From Patescibacteria group bacterium (lineage in GTDB: Bacteria; Patescibacteriota; Minisyncoccia; UBA6257; GWB1-50-10): a stretch of DNA of 64,000 bases. Where the stretch lies: NCBI GenBank assembly GCA_030017555.1, contig JASEIC010000001.1, forward strand, positions 2,571-66,570. The letters are read 5' to 3'. Both the position numbers and the translations under genes were made by a program. Positions 9,924-18,833 of the stretch are shown here, in pieces. The notes beneath the pieces are model-generated. The model saw only the letters and a list, made by a program, of their open reading frames with translations, was not told where the DNA came from and did not search any database. Positions within the stretch are counted from its first letter, which is position 1. The number at the start of each line of letters is the position of its first letter.

Positions 9924-10412
9924 TTAATGATGCAGTAAATTTAAATTTTTAAATTGTTCCAAAAGTCTTGGATAAAACGAATTCATACTCCGGATTGCAA
10001 TCAATTCCGCTTCATACGGATCAATTTCTTTTAAAAGCTCGGCCACCGCCAGCATAATTGCTTCATCTTCTTCTTCTTTTTTAAAACCTGAAAATGAAAA
10101 TATATAGCGTCTACCGCGTATGGCGCCGCCATATTTTTGTTCGGCTTCGTTTTTACTTTCAAAACTGCTTTTATGTTCTTGATGCTCAAAAAGTCTTTGA
10201 GATTTTTCAATTGAAAGTTCGTGATATTTTCCTGCTTTTTCAGCCAAAACCTCACCAACCATTGAAACAAGAATAGGACGACCCAAATCAATATCAAAAA
10301 GGCAAAAATATCCGCCTTTCCGCTTTTCGCCCGCAAACTTACTTGATTCTTTAACAACTTTTATAACAAGCCCGAGCATTGTCCAAATATGTTCGTTTCT
10401 GCAATTTTCCAT
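9924..10412 (-). CDS. Hypothetical protein, weakly GlcG/HbpS-like
   Basis: KYGGAI..FSFSG..EEEDEA resembles the GlcG GG..GVSG..D motif; own promoter and SD. Confidence 0.45.
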   Translation of the reverse strand: MENCRNEHIWTMLGLVIKVVKESSKFAGEKRKGGYFCLFDIDLGRPILVSMVGEVLAEKAGKYHELSIEKSQRLFEHQEHKSSFESKNEAEQKYGGAIRGRRYIFSFSGFKKEEEDEAIMLAVAELLKEIDPYEAELIAIRSMNSFYPRLLEQFKNLNLLHH

Positions 10413-10534
10413 ACAACTTCCTTTCTTTAACTTTAACTGAATGATTTATTAAAAACTACTGTATTTAAAATATACTTAAAATAAAAAAATGTCAATAGTT
10501 AAAAACCCTCATACAAACGAGGGGCTTGGAGGAT

Positions 10535-10954
10535 TTATACTTGCGTTGATCGCCGCCGTTTCCGCGGGAGAAACTTTTTCTCCCACTTGCCCCGCAAATC
10601 AAGCGATTCAATTTCCTGATCTCTAAACCAACGAGCGATTAACGCCGCGTTTCTCGGCCGCTTTCTGCTCACTTTCCCGAAAAATATGGTCAGGCGCACT
10701 TTTCCCCGAAGAAACGGATGCGCGCTCTTAAACTCTCGCGCCCCTACGGTTATGGATTTTACTTTTCTTAATATCCGAACATCATAGCCGGATTCTTCTT
10801 TTGCTTCCCGCTCTGCCGCACCTTTCAAGCTTTCTCCTTTTTCAACGAAACCCAAAGGGAGCGACCAAAGGTTTTTCGCCGCTTTATGTTTTTCCCGCAC
10901 AAGAAGTATTTTGCCGTTTTTTCGGACTAGTACGCCACTGAACTCAAATTTCAT
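10535..10954 (-). CDS. NUDIX hydrolase
   Basis: GFVEKGESLKGAAEREAKEESG Nudix box. Confidence 0.9.
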   Translation of the reverse strand: MKFEFSGVLVRKNGKILLVREKHKAAKNLWSLPLGFVEKGESLKGAAEREAKEESGYDVRILRKVKSITVGAREFKSAHPFLRGKVRLTIFFGKVSRKRPRNAALIARWFRDQEIESLDLRGKWEKKFLPRKRRRSTQV

Positions 10955-12266
10955 GTTTTTTCTCTTTTTTATTCTTCGCTTTTTTTAACCCGTCGCCCGC
11001 CGGCTCAAGAACGGATGATTTCTTTTTATTTCCTTCTCCATCCTCTTTCTCAACTTTTTTTTCAATTGATGCTTCCTTAATTTTTTCAATAATTTCTAGA
11101 GCTGGTTTTTCCTCAACTATATCGGCTACTGCCACACCGTCTTCCTGAACTTCTTCGGGCCGCGACTGCGATCGCACATCTATCTTCCAACCCGTAAGCT
11201 TTGCTGCTAATCTCACGTTTTGACCGCCTTTACCAATCGCAAGCGATAATTGATCCTCGGCAACAAGCACTCGCGCTTCACGCCGCGGCAAAACCTCAAC
11301 TAATTTTACTTTAGCGGGCGACAGAGAATTGCCAATAAATTTGGCCGGATCGTCAGACCATTCAATAATATCTATTTTTTCATTGCCAAGCTCATTAGTA
11401 ACCGCCATAACTCTTGTGCCGCGTTGACCAACCGCCGAACCCACCGGATCAATGCCTTCCATTTTGGATAACACCGCGATTTTGGAACGACTGCCCGGTT
11501 CACGAGCAATTTGTTTTATTTCAACAGCCCCATCGGCAATTTCCGGCACTTCCATAGCAAAAAGTTTTGATATAAATTTTGGATGCGACCTGGAAAGAAC
11601 AATGCCAGGCCTGCGCGCATCATCCTGTACCGCGAAAACATAAAAACGTAATCTTTCGCCAACCCGATAATGCTCACCGGGAATACTTTCATTATGAAAC
11701 ATAATGCCGATAGCCCGTCCTAAATCAATATAAACATTACCTCGATCAAAACGTTGAATCACACCGCTTACAACTTCGCCTTCTTTATCGGCATATTCTT
11801 CTTTTACTGACATTCTTTCTGCTTCTCTAAGATTCTGTAAAATAACCTGCTTAGCGGTTTGAGCGGCAATTCGGCCAAAATCTTCATGAGTTTCAAGCGG
11901 AAATTCAAGTTCTTCGCCAATTTGCGCATCGGGTTTTATAATTTTGGCTTCCTCAATAAAAATATGCCGATCCGGATTATACCGCGGCAAAACATCTTCT
12001 CCTTCTTTTGGGGCTTCTTTTGAAATTTCTTCATTAGGATCAATAATCCTGACTTCTTTTGGATCAACTACGGTTTTAACTTGCCAGAATTTTAAGAAAC
12101 CGGTTTTTAAATCAAACTTACATTTTATAATTTCCGAACGCTTTCGATATTCTCTTTTGTAAGCTGCGCCAATAGCCGCTTCAATTGCGCCCAACACTTG
12201 TTCGCCTTCTATGCCTTTTTCCGCGGCAATCTGCTCTATGGCAGATGATAATGCTTTTAAATCCAT
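10944..12266 (-). CDS. nusA: Transcription termination factor NusA
   Basis: FGRIAAQTAKQVI, AREPGSRSKIAV, QLSLAIGKGGQNVRLAAKLTGWKIDV. Confidence 0.97.
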   Translation of the reverse strand: MDLKALSSAIEQIAAEKGIEGEQVLGAIEAAIGAAYKREYRKRSEIIKCKFDLKTGFLKFWQVKTVVDPKEVRIIDPNEEISKEAPKEGEDVLPRYNPDRHIFIEEAKIIKPDAQIGEELEFPLETHEDFGRIAAQTAKQVILQNLREAERMSVKEEYADKEGEVVSGVIQRFDRGNVYIDLGRAIGIMFHNESIPGEHYRVGERLRFYVFAVQDDARRPGIVLSRSHPKFISKLFAMEVPEIADGAVEIKQIAREPGSRSKIAVLSKMEGIDPVGSAVGQRGTRVMAVTNELGNEKIDIIEWSDDPAKFIGNSLSPAKVKLVEVLPRREARVLVAEDQLSLAIGKGGQNVRLAAKLTGWKIDVRSQSRPEEVQEDGVAVADIVEEKPALEIIEKIKEASIEKKVEKEDGEGNKKKSSVLEPAGDGLKKAKNKKEKKHEI

Positions 12267-12294
12267 GCTAATTATTTATATTTAATTTTTGGCC

Positions 12295-12333
12295 TTTACC
12301 CCAAACCAAAATAAATTGGCGTATGGGGTTTTA
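12295..12333. repeat. Small palindromic element flanked by TTTA direct repeats in the nusA leader
   Basis: TTTA ccccaaaccaa..ttggcgtatggggt TTTA. Confidence 0.45.
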
Positions 12334-12439
12334 TTTAGAAATGAACCGCTCTTGAGCGGAGCGGCAATTCAGTGTTATTAGTATAGCAAATCATTTTTAA
12401 AAGTCAAATCTCTTATATACTAACACTTTTCGCCTGGTA

Positions 12440-12481
12440 TTGACAAATTATTTCAATCTGCTATAATTATAGCAGTTTTTA
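12440..12481 (+). promoter_or_regulatory. sigma70 promoter with palindromic -10 region
   Basis: TTGACA-16 nt-TATAAT embedded in palindrome ctgctataattatagcag; 24-bp identity with 27173-27196 (minus strand). Confidence 0.7.
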
Positions 12482-12524
12482 AACAATTAATCCACTAACC
12501 AGCGGAAAAGAAAAGAGATTTAGA

Positions 12525-12827
12525 ATGATTAAAGAAAACAGCGACTTTATTTTAGCTTATTTTAAAGATGACCATGGCAGGATTTTAAGAGTGCGCATCC
12601 ATAAGCCTAATATGCTTATAAGTGTATCAGTTTTTAATGAAAAACCGCCGAGGAAAAAAGGTCCGCGAATTCGAGATATGGTTCATGTTTATTTCCCGAA
12701 AGCAACTTTTGAGGAAGTAAAAAAAGATCCTGGAATGGAACTTGGCACATTCGAAATTTTAGAAAAAGAAGCGAAAAAATGCTCAATTACCCGTAGGACA
12801 AAACGCGCCAGAAAATTTCCAGTATAA
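12525..12827 (+). CDS. Hypothetical protein
   Basis: 100 aa ORF with its own promoter and a downstream hairpin. Confidence 0.55.
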   Translation: MIKENSDFILAYFKDDHGRILRVRIHKPNMLISVSVFNEKPPRKKGPRIRDMVHVYFPKATFEEVKKDPGMELGTFEILEKEAKKCSITRRTKRARKFPV

Positions 12828-12839
12828 ATTTTAATCAAA

Positions 12840-12871
12840 TCCCTCATCCTTTTATACAAAAGGATGAGGGA
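12840..12871. terminator. Hairpin/terminator whose arms resemble the TCCCTCA TIR family
   Basis: tccctcatcctttt-atac-aaaaggatgaggga between convergent genes. Confidence 0.6.
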
Positions 12872-12942
12872 TTTATTTTTTCTTAAAATCGTGTTACAGT
12901 TTTTTTACTATATAAATATCTGAAGGTTTTTTGTTTTTGCAG

Positions 12943-13320
12943 TTATATGTTTTCATAGTGATTTACCGCAAAATCATCTTTATTTTTTATCAAAGCAAGC
13001 ACATCAAGCCGCCATCCCTTTTTGTCATCTACTAAATCTTTGCGATGGCCGGCGTAAAGCGATGCGGCTTTTTTGAATTTTCGTATTTTGGCCGCGGTCA
13101 TTTGATGTTCTGGTTTAAGCCCAAAATCACCTGACTCGTACATTGTTTTAACTTCCACAAAAACCAAGATGCCGTCTTTGTTTTTTGCCACAATATCAAG
13201 TTCACCCCAAGGCCGTTTAAAATTTCTCTCAATGATCCAAAATCCCTTTCCCGCAAGATACACACACGCAAAATCCTCACCGATTTTACCCAATGAAATT
13301 TTATCTGAATTATTTGACAC
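12943..13320 (-). CDS. yraN: YraN family (UPF0102) nuclease
   Basis: LGKIGED.A..YL..KG..IIERN..GELDIVA..LVFVEVKT..RLDV. Confidence 0.9.
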   Translation of the reverse strand: MSNNSDKISLGKIGEDFACVYLAGKGFWIIERNFKRPWGELDIVAKNKDGILVFVEVKTMYESGDFGLKPEHQMTAAKIRKFKKAASLYAGHRKDLVDDKKGWRLDVLALIKNKDDFAVNHYENI

Positions 13321-13340
13321 AATATAAAAATTATAGCAAA

Positions 13341-13393
13341 CCCAGTACTACAACCTCAATATAAAAACGCATTATTGAAGTTGTAGTGCTGGG
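13341..13393. repeat. 21-bp-arm inverted repeat upstream of yraN
   Basis: cccagtactacaacctcaata / tattgaagttgtagtgctggg. Confidence 0.65.
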
Positions 13394-13904
13394 CTAAAGA
13401 AAAAAACCTTACAACACGCAAGGGTTTTTATATTGAGGGGGTTAATAAATTTCAGAAACTGGAAGATTTTTGCCGATTTTTTGATTTAGGTTTCAAATCT
13501 TAAAACTAGACACTATGATTCTCCAACCAACAACAAGCACCAAAAGAAATAACTCAAATTATAAACCGCTTGTAAAAGCGGTTTTGTTTTGCGAATACCC
13601 CCAAAAATTGGGTCAAAATGTTTAGCGTGAAACATTTTGATTTTACGAAAAACAAAAGCGTAGGTTTCATCGCATTATCAGGCGCGCACATTTTTTATGT
13701 GTTTTTCACGATTTTATTATAAATGTAGGTTTCATGCGGTTATCTGATTTTTCGGGTTTTTTCTGTTTTTTGAGTTTTTTGAGTTTTCCCGGTTTTCCCA
13801 ATTTTATCATATTTCCCAGTTTTTTCAATTTTATCATATTTTCAAATAAAATAGGCCGACCAATTAAAGATCGACCTACTTAAAGTGCTGTTTTGATTAA
13901 TTAA

Positions 13905-14447
13905 TCAAAATGTATATTGTATTCCAATTAGTTCTGTTGAAATTTCGTCTTTTTGAAGAGTAGTTGCCCAACCAACAAATTTTCCTATATTAAATTGAAT
14001 ACGCGGACCATTACCAAAATACCGTTGATCCATAACCCCTAAACCCAATTCCTTTAAAAAGTTGATATTGACAACGATACGATGCCAAGGTCCAGAACCG
14101 CCATTTTCGTAAATCGCAAGAAACGAACCCTCGTCAATTCCAAGCCATAATGATGTGGCATATCTTCCAGCTGGATTTGCGCTTTCAATTCCATAAAAAA
14201 CACCAACCCGCGACCAAATAGTCGGGGAAAAAGTCGGCCCAATATATGCTTCAGACCAGTATTGACCCGAAAGCGACCACGCAGACCATCCGAAGTTGCC
14301 AATAATAGAACCATTTAAGTACAAATCAATATTCGGAGTTACTTGAGATTCAACAAAAGTAAATTGATTTTCAACATATCCAGTAATTTGAGCAAAAACT
14401 GGACAAGAAATAACAACAAGAACAAGAACCAAAAAAAGATTTTTCAT
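13905..14447 (-). CDS. Secreted beta-barrel-like hypothetical protein
   Basis: Signal peptide ending VFA|Q; amphipathic Trp/Tyr/Gly-rich strands; C-terminal GIQYTF; SD AGAGGT; promoter at 14510-14538. Confidence 0.6.
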   Translation of the reverse strand: MKNLFLVLVLVVISCPVFAQITGYVENQFTFVESQVTPNIDLYLNGSIIGNFGWSAWSLSGQYWSEAYIGPTFSPTIWSRVGVFYGIESANPAGRYATSLWLGIDEGSFLAIYENGGSGPWHRIVVNINFLKELGLGVMDQRYFGNGPRIQFNIGKFVGWATTLQKDEISTELIGIQYTF

Positions 14448-14612
14448 TGAATACCTCTTTTAGAAATAATTAATAGATTGGTTATTTAGATTTAAAAATT
14501 CTGATATTAAGTATAGCATACACGACTTGAGATGTCAATACCGCGTTATTTATTGAAATAATCAAACTATCCGCTTGAAATAAGAACAAATTTAAACTTT
14601 AATAAATAAGCC

Positions 14613-16673
14613 ATGGGGAAATATAAAAAGGATTTTAAGAAAAGGGAAAAAGAAGACCGTTTTTCAAATGAAAAAATAAAAGAAGAAAAACTTCATCCGG
14701 ATATTAGAAAAAACGTTTTGGTTGTTATTGGTTTGGGGCTCGGCGTTTTATTAATTTTAGCCGGCGTCAGCCAAGCCGGACCATGGGGCACTGCTTTTTA
14801 CGATCTGTTTTATAAACTTTTTGGCTGGGGTTATTATCTTTTGCCGATCCTGGCGTTTCTTCTTGCATTTTCATTTTTGCGTTCAGACCGAAAAAGACTT
14901 TGGGGAATCACGCTTATAAGCAGCATAATTTTTGTTGTAGCTGGTTTGGGATTTATTGATATAATTGCCTCCGGCAGTGGCGGTTTAACAGGTAATTTCA
15001 TTGGTTCGCTTAAAAACCCATTTGGCAATATCGCCGCTCTGGTAATTACTTTTACAGCGCTTGTCGCTTCATTTTTAGTAACTGCTAATCGACCTATAAA
15101 AATCACATTTAAAAAGAAGGAAGGAATCCGCCAACTGGCGGAAAAAGAAAATTTAAAAATAAACTTACCCCTTGAAGCGCCGGGAGTTGAAATTAAAAAA
15201 GAAATAAAAGAAATCCCTCTCACAAGCCAGCGAACCAAAGACAAAGCGGAAGAAATATTAAAAGTTACTGCGCAGAAACCTATTAAAGATTACACGCCGC
15301 CGCCGCTTTCGCTTATCTCGTCTTCTCTTGAAAAACCAACAATCGGCGACTTACAAGCAAACGCTAACATCATCAAACGCACTCTTGAATCGTTTGGCAT
15401 CTCGGTTGAAATGGGTGAAATAAATGTCGGCCCGACCGTTACTCGTTATAGTTTAAAACCAGCTGAAGGCATGAAACTTTCGAAAATCACCGCTTTAAGC
15501 CAGGACTTAGCTTTAGCGCTAGCGGCTCATCCAATACGGATTGAAGCGCCAATTCCGGGCAAATCACTGGTTGGCATTGAAGTGCCAAATAAAGTTGCCG
15601 CGCTCGTAAGACTTGGCAATCTTTTCCTTTATCCGGAGTTTTCAAAATCAGATCCGCTAACTTTTGCTCTTGGCCGCAATGTTTCCGGCGAACCAATTTT
15701 ACCATCAATTGATAAAATGCCCCATCTCTTGATTGCGGGCGCAACCGGTTCCGGTAAATCAATTTGCATCCACTCACTTATTATTTCTTTGCTTTATAAA
15801 AACTCGCCGGAAATGCTTAAGCTTCTTCTTATTGACCCGAAACGAGTTGAACTTTCTGTTTATGATGGTTTGCCGCATTTAATCGCGCCGGTTGTTACTG
15901 ACAATAAAAAAGCAATGGGCGCCTTCCGTTGGGCCATCCAAGAAATGGATCGCCGCTATGAATTGCTCTTGGGCGCCGGCTCGCGAGACATAAAAAGCTA
16001 CAACAATAATAATAGCGATCCGCTTTCTTATGTTGTGGTAATCATTGATGAATTGGCCGATCTTATGGCAACTTATGGCCGCGAAGTGGAAAACTCTATT
16101 ATCCGTTTGGCGCAAATGTCGCGCGCCACCGGCATTCATCTTGTCGTCTCCACCCAAAGGCCGTCAGTTGAAGTTATTACCGGACTTATTAAAGCCAATA
16201 TCACTTCTCGAATCGCATTACAAGTCGCAAGTCAAGTTGATTCAAGAACAATCTTGGATACCGCCGGCGCTGAAAAACTTTTAGGTCGCGGCGATTCACT
16301 TTATGTTTCCGCTGAAAAATCAAAACCGCAAAGAATCCAAGGCGCTTATATTACTGAAGATGAAATTAAAAAAGTTGTTAACTTTATAAAGAAAAATAAT
16401 GAGGCAACAACCGAAACAATTTCAATTGAAGCAACAAACGGCAATGGCGATGCTTCGCTTTTTGATGATTATGCTCAAGGCGGAGATTCAGATGAAGAAC
16501 TTTTTGAAAAAGCCATAGAAATTGTTCGTGCCGCCAAAAAAGCTTCAGCCTCACTGCTTCAAAGACGTCTTAAAATAGGCTACGCCAGGGCGGCAAGACT
16601 CCTAGATATGATGGAAGAAGAAGATATTATAGGTCCGGGAGATGGCGCAAAACCACGAGAAGTTAAAATCTAA
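14613..16673 (+). CDS. ftsK: DNA translocase FtsK/SpoIIIE
   Basis: N-terminal 4 TM; RIEAPIPGK; PHLLIAGATGSGKS; IIDELADLM; TQRPS; gamma domain ASLLQRRLKIGYARAARL. Confidence 0.96.
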   Translation: MGKYKKDFKKREKEDRFSNEKIKEEKLHPDIRKNVLVVIGLGLGVLLILAGVSQAGPWGTAFYDLFYKLFGWGYYLLPILAFLLAFSFLRSDRKRLWGITLISSIIFVVAGLGFIDIIASGSGGLTGNFIGSLKNPFGNIAALVITFTALVASFLVTANRPIKITFKKKEGIRQLAEKENLKINLPLEAPGVEIKKEIKEIPLTSQRTKDKAEEILKVTAQKPIKDYTPPPLSLISSSLEKPTIGDLQANANIIKRTLESFGISVEMGEINVGPTVTRYSLKPAEGMKLSKITALSQDLALALAAHPIRIEAPIPGKSLVGIEVPNKVAALVRLGNLFLYPEFSKSDPLTFALGRNVSGEPILPSIDKMPHLLIAGATGSGKSICIHSLIISLLYKNSPEMLKLLLIDPKRVELSVYDGLPHLIAPVVTDNKKAMGAFRWAIQEMDRRYELLLGAGSRDIKSYNNNNSDPLSYVVVIIDELADLMATYGREVENSIIRLAQMSRATGIHLVVSTQRPSVEVITGLIKANITSRIALQVASQVDSRTILDTAGAEKLLGRGDSLYVSAEKSKPQRIQGAYITEDEIKKVVNFIKKNNEATTETISIEATNGNGDASLFDDYAQGGDSDEELFEKAIEIVRAAKKASASLLQRRLKIGYARAARLLDMMEEEDIIGPGDGAKPREVKI

Positions 16674-16728
16674 TTTGCGTTAAGCAAAAAAAGTAGTAAA
16701 ATCTAAGTAAAGAATTTCGCAATTCACT

Positions 16729-17364
16729 ATGGAAGTTGAAATAAAAAACCTATCCGCCATTCTTGTTGAAGCGCTTAGAACAAAAAGCCTGACTATTGAA
16801 AAACTATCTTCGATGACCGGTATTTCCGAAAGATTTTTAAATCTTTTACTTGAAGAAAATTTTAAAAAACTGCCGGCCGCGCCTTATGTTCACGGCTATA
16901 TTATTAAAATCGCTGATGTTCTAAATATGAATGGCGAAAAATTGTGGCAAGAATATTTAAAAGATCACAATTCAATCAATCGTTCCGGCAAAAAAGATAA
17001 ATTGCCCCAAAATAGGTTTGTTAACAAAAGCTTTAATAAAAAAACCGTTATTGTTGTTCTAATAATTGTATTAATTTTGCTTTATGTAATTATTCGCTTA
17101 CCGTCAATTCTAGGCAAACCGCCTCTCACATTAGCTAATATCGCAAATAATGCAATTGTTACAAATCCGGAATATCAAATAACCGGAAAAATAAATCCCA
17201 GCGATAAACTGACTATAAATAACGGAATTGTTTTTGCTGATCCGGAAGGCAATTTTCAAAAAACCATAAAACTTGATCCGGGGTTTAACACTTTTGAATT
17301 TAAAGTTAAAAATATTTTAGGTCGAGAAACGGCTTTAACAAAACAAGTTTTTTATAAACTTTAG
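16729..17364 (+). CDS. RodZ-like HTH membrane protein
   Basis: HTH with LEENFKKLP..PYVHGYI; single TM; C-terminal Ig-like domain; lies between ftsK and recA. Confidence 0.7.
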   Translation: MEVEIKNLSAILVEALRTKSLTIEKLSSMTGISERFLNLLLEENFKKLPAAPYVHGYIIKIADVLNMNGEKLWQEYLKDHNSINRSGKKDKLPQNRFVNKSFNKKTVIVVLIIVLILLYVIIRLPSILGKPPLTLANIANNAIVTNPEYQITGKINPSDKLTINNGIVFADPEGNFQKTIKLDPGFNTFEFKVKNILGRETALTKQVFYKL

Positions 17365-17382
17365 AAGCAAATATTTTAAACA

Positions 17383-18441
17383 ATGTCATTAATTAAAAAA
17401 CAAGAAAAAGAAGTCCGTAAGCCGGCGGATTCAAAAGAATTAGACTCTTTAATAGAGTCTCTTCAATCGCGATTTGGCGAAGGCGCGATTATGAAATTAG
17501 GTGAAACTCACCATATAAAAGTAGAAACTATTCCTTCCGGGTCATTTTCGCTGGATATAGCCTTAGGCGGTGGCTTGCCAAAAGGTAGAATTATTGAGAT
17601 TTTTGGACCAGAAAGCTCGGGTAAAACCACTCTTGCTCTTCACGCTGTGGCAGAAACTCAAAAACGAGGCGGCAAAGCGGCTTTTATCGACGCGGAACAC
17701 GCGCTGGACCCGGAATACGCCGCAAAAATTGGCGTTAAAGTAAAAGACTTAATTATTTCCCAACCCGACAACGGAGAAGAAGCCTTGAATATTTTAGAAA
17801 GTTTGGTTCGATCGGGAATTATAAATATTATTGTTGTTGATTCAGTAGCGGCTTTAACGCCTCGCGCGGAAATTGAAGGCGAAATGGGCGCGCATCAAGT
17901 TGGCGCCCAAGCGAGACTTATGTCCCAAGCGCTCCGAAAACTTACGGCCATAGCCGCGAAATCAGGCACTATTATTATTTTCATAAACCAAATGCGGCAG
18001 AAAATCGGCATTATGTTCGGCAATCCTGAAACAACGCCGGGCGGTTTGGCGCTTAAATTTTACACTTCGGTCAGAATTGACATCCGCCGCACGGCCCAAG
18101 TCAAAAAAGGAGAAGAAATTGTCGGCAACCGCACTAAAGCAAAAGTCGTAAAAAATAAAGTCGCGCCGCCGTTTAAAATCGCGGAATTTGATATCATGTA
18201 CGGGGAAGGTATTTCTTATGAAGCTGATATCCTGAATACCGCGATTAAATACGGTGTTGTTACAAAATCCGGCGCGAGCTACAGTTTTGGTCCGCCGCCC
18301 GGCGGAGAAAAATTGGGCGTTGGTTTTGACAATATCAGAGGAAAATTAAAAGAAGATAAAAAACTAACCGAAGAAATAAAAAAGAAAACAATTATCGCGG
18401 CAGAAACAAAAGGAATAGCAGGTAACGAAAGTGAAGAATAA
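17383..18441 (+). CDS. recA: Recombinase RecA
   Basis: [48 protein letters not shown]. Confidence 0.98.
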   Translation: MSLIKKQEKEVRKPADSKELDSLIESLQSRFGEGAIMKLGETHHIKVETIPSGSFSLDIALGGGLPKGRIIEIFGPESSGKTTLALHAVAETQKRGGKAAFIDAEHALDPEYAAKIGVKVKDLIISQPDNGEEALNILESLVRSGIINIIVVDSVAALTPRAEIEGEMGAHQVGAQARLMSQALRKLTAIAAKSGTIIIFINQMRQKIGIMFGNPETTPGGLALKFYTSVRIDIRRTAQVKKGEEIVGNRTKAKVVKNKVAPPFKIAEFDIMYGEGISYEADILNTAIKYGVVTKSGASYSFGPPPGGEKLGVGFDNIRGKLKEDKKLTEEIKKKTIIAAETKGIAGNESEE

Positions 18442-18443
18442 TT

Positions 18444-18471
18444 AAAACCCTCGATATTCATCGAGGGTTTT
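18444..18471. terminator. Intrinsic terminator after recA
   Basis: aaaaccctcgat..atcgagggtttt. Confidence 0.7.
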
Positions 18472-18567
18472 TAAATACACTGCTTAAATTTATAATGTCA
18501 ATTAGCTTTCTTAATTAATTCAACGTATAAAAATTTTCAAATAATAAAAAATTTCTAAATAATTGTT

Positions 18568-18756
18568 TTATTTTTTAATTCCTTCCCAATCTTTAAATCC
18601 CCTAGATTCAAGTTGATGCCATGCCTCTTCTCTGGTCGGCTCTGTGATTATTTCTACAATAGTGTCGGAATCCTTCACTATAATTCTATACCATTTACCA
18701 CCAACAAGGGATTCTTCTTCTACATCAAAAAATTTAACCACTTTTCTTCTAATCAT
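18568..18756 (-). CDS. Small hypothetical protein
   Basis: Probable start MIRRK after SD AAAGGAG; promoter TTGACG/TATAAT at 18808-18837. Confidence 0.5.
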   Translation of the reverse strand: MIRRKVVKFFDVEEESLVGGKWYRIIVKDSDTIVEIITEPTREEAWHQLESRGFKDWEGIKK

Positions 18757-18833
18757 TTCATCTCCTTTTTTTATTACTAGCATTAAATTGTTAAAGTTTC
18801 AGCTAAAATTATATCACAGAACTATAATTTCCG

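Noticed and set aside
10985-11020. Possible palindrome remnant in the NusA C-terminal tail
   Set aside because: Only about 4 bp of pairing (ccgt/acgg), too weak to call
12840-12871. Hairpin as a bona fide insertion of the TCCCTCA element
   Set aside because: Arms resemble the TIR but there is no TRAA duplication; position fits a bidirectional terminator, possibly derived from the element
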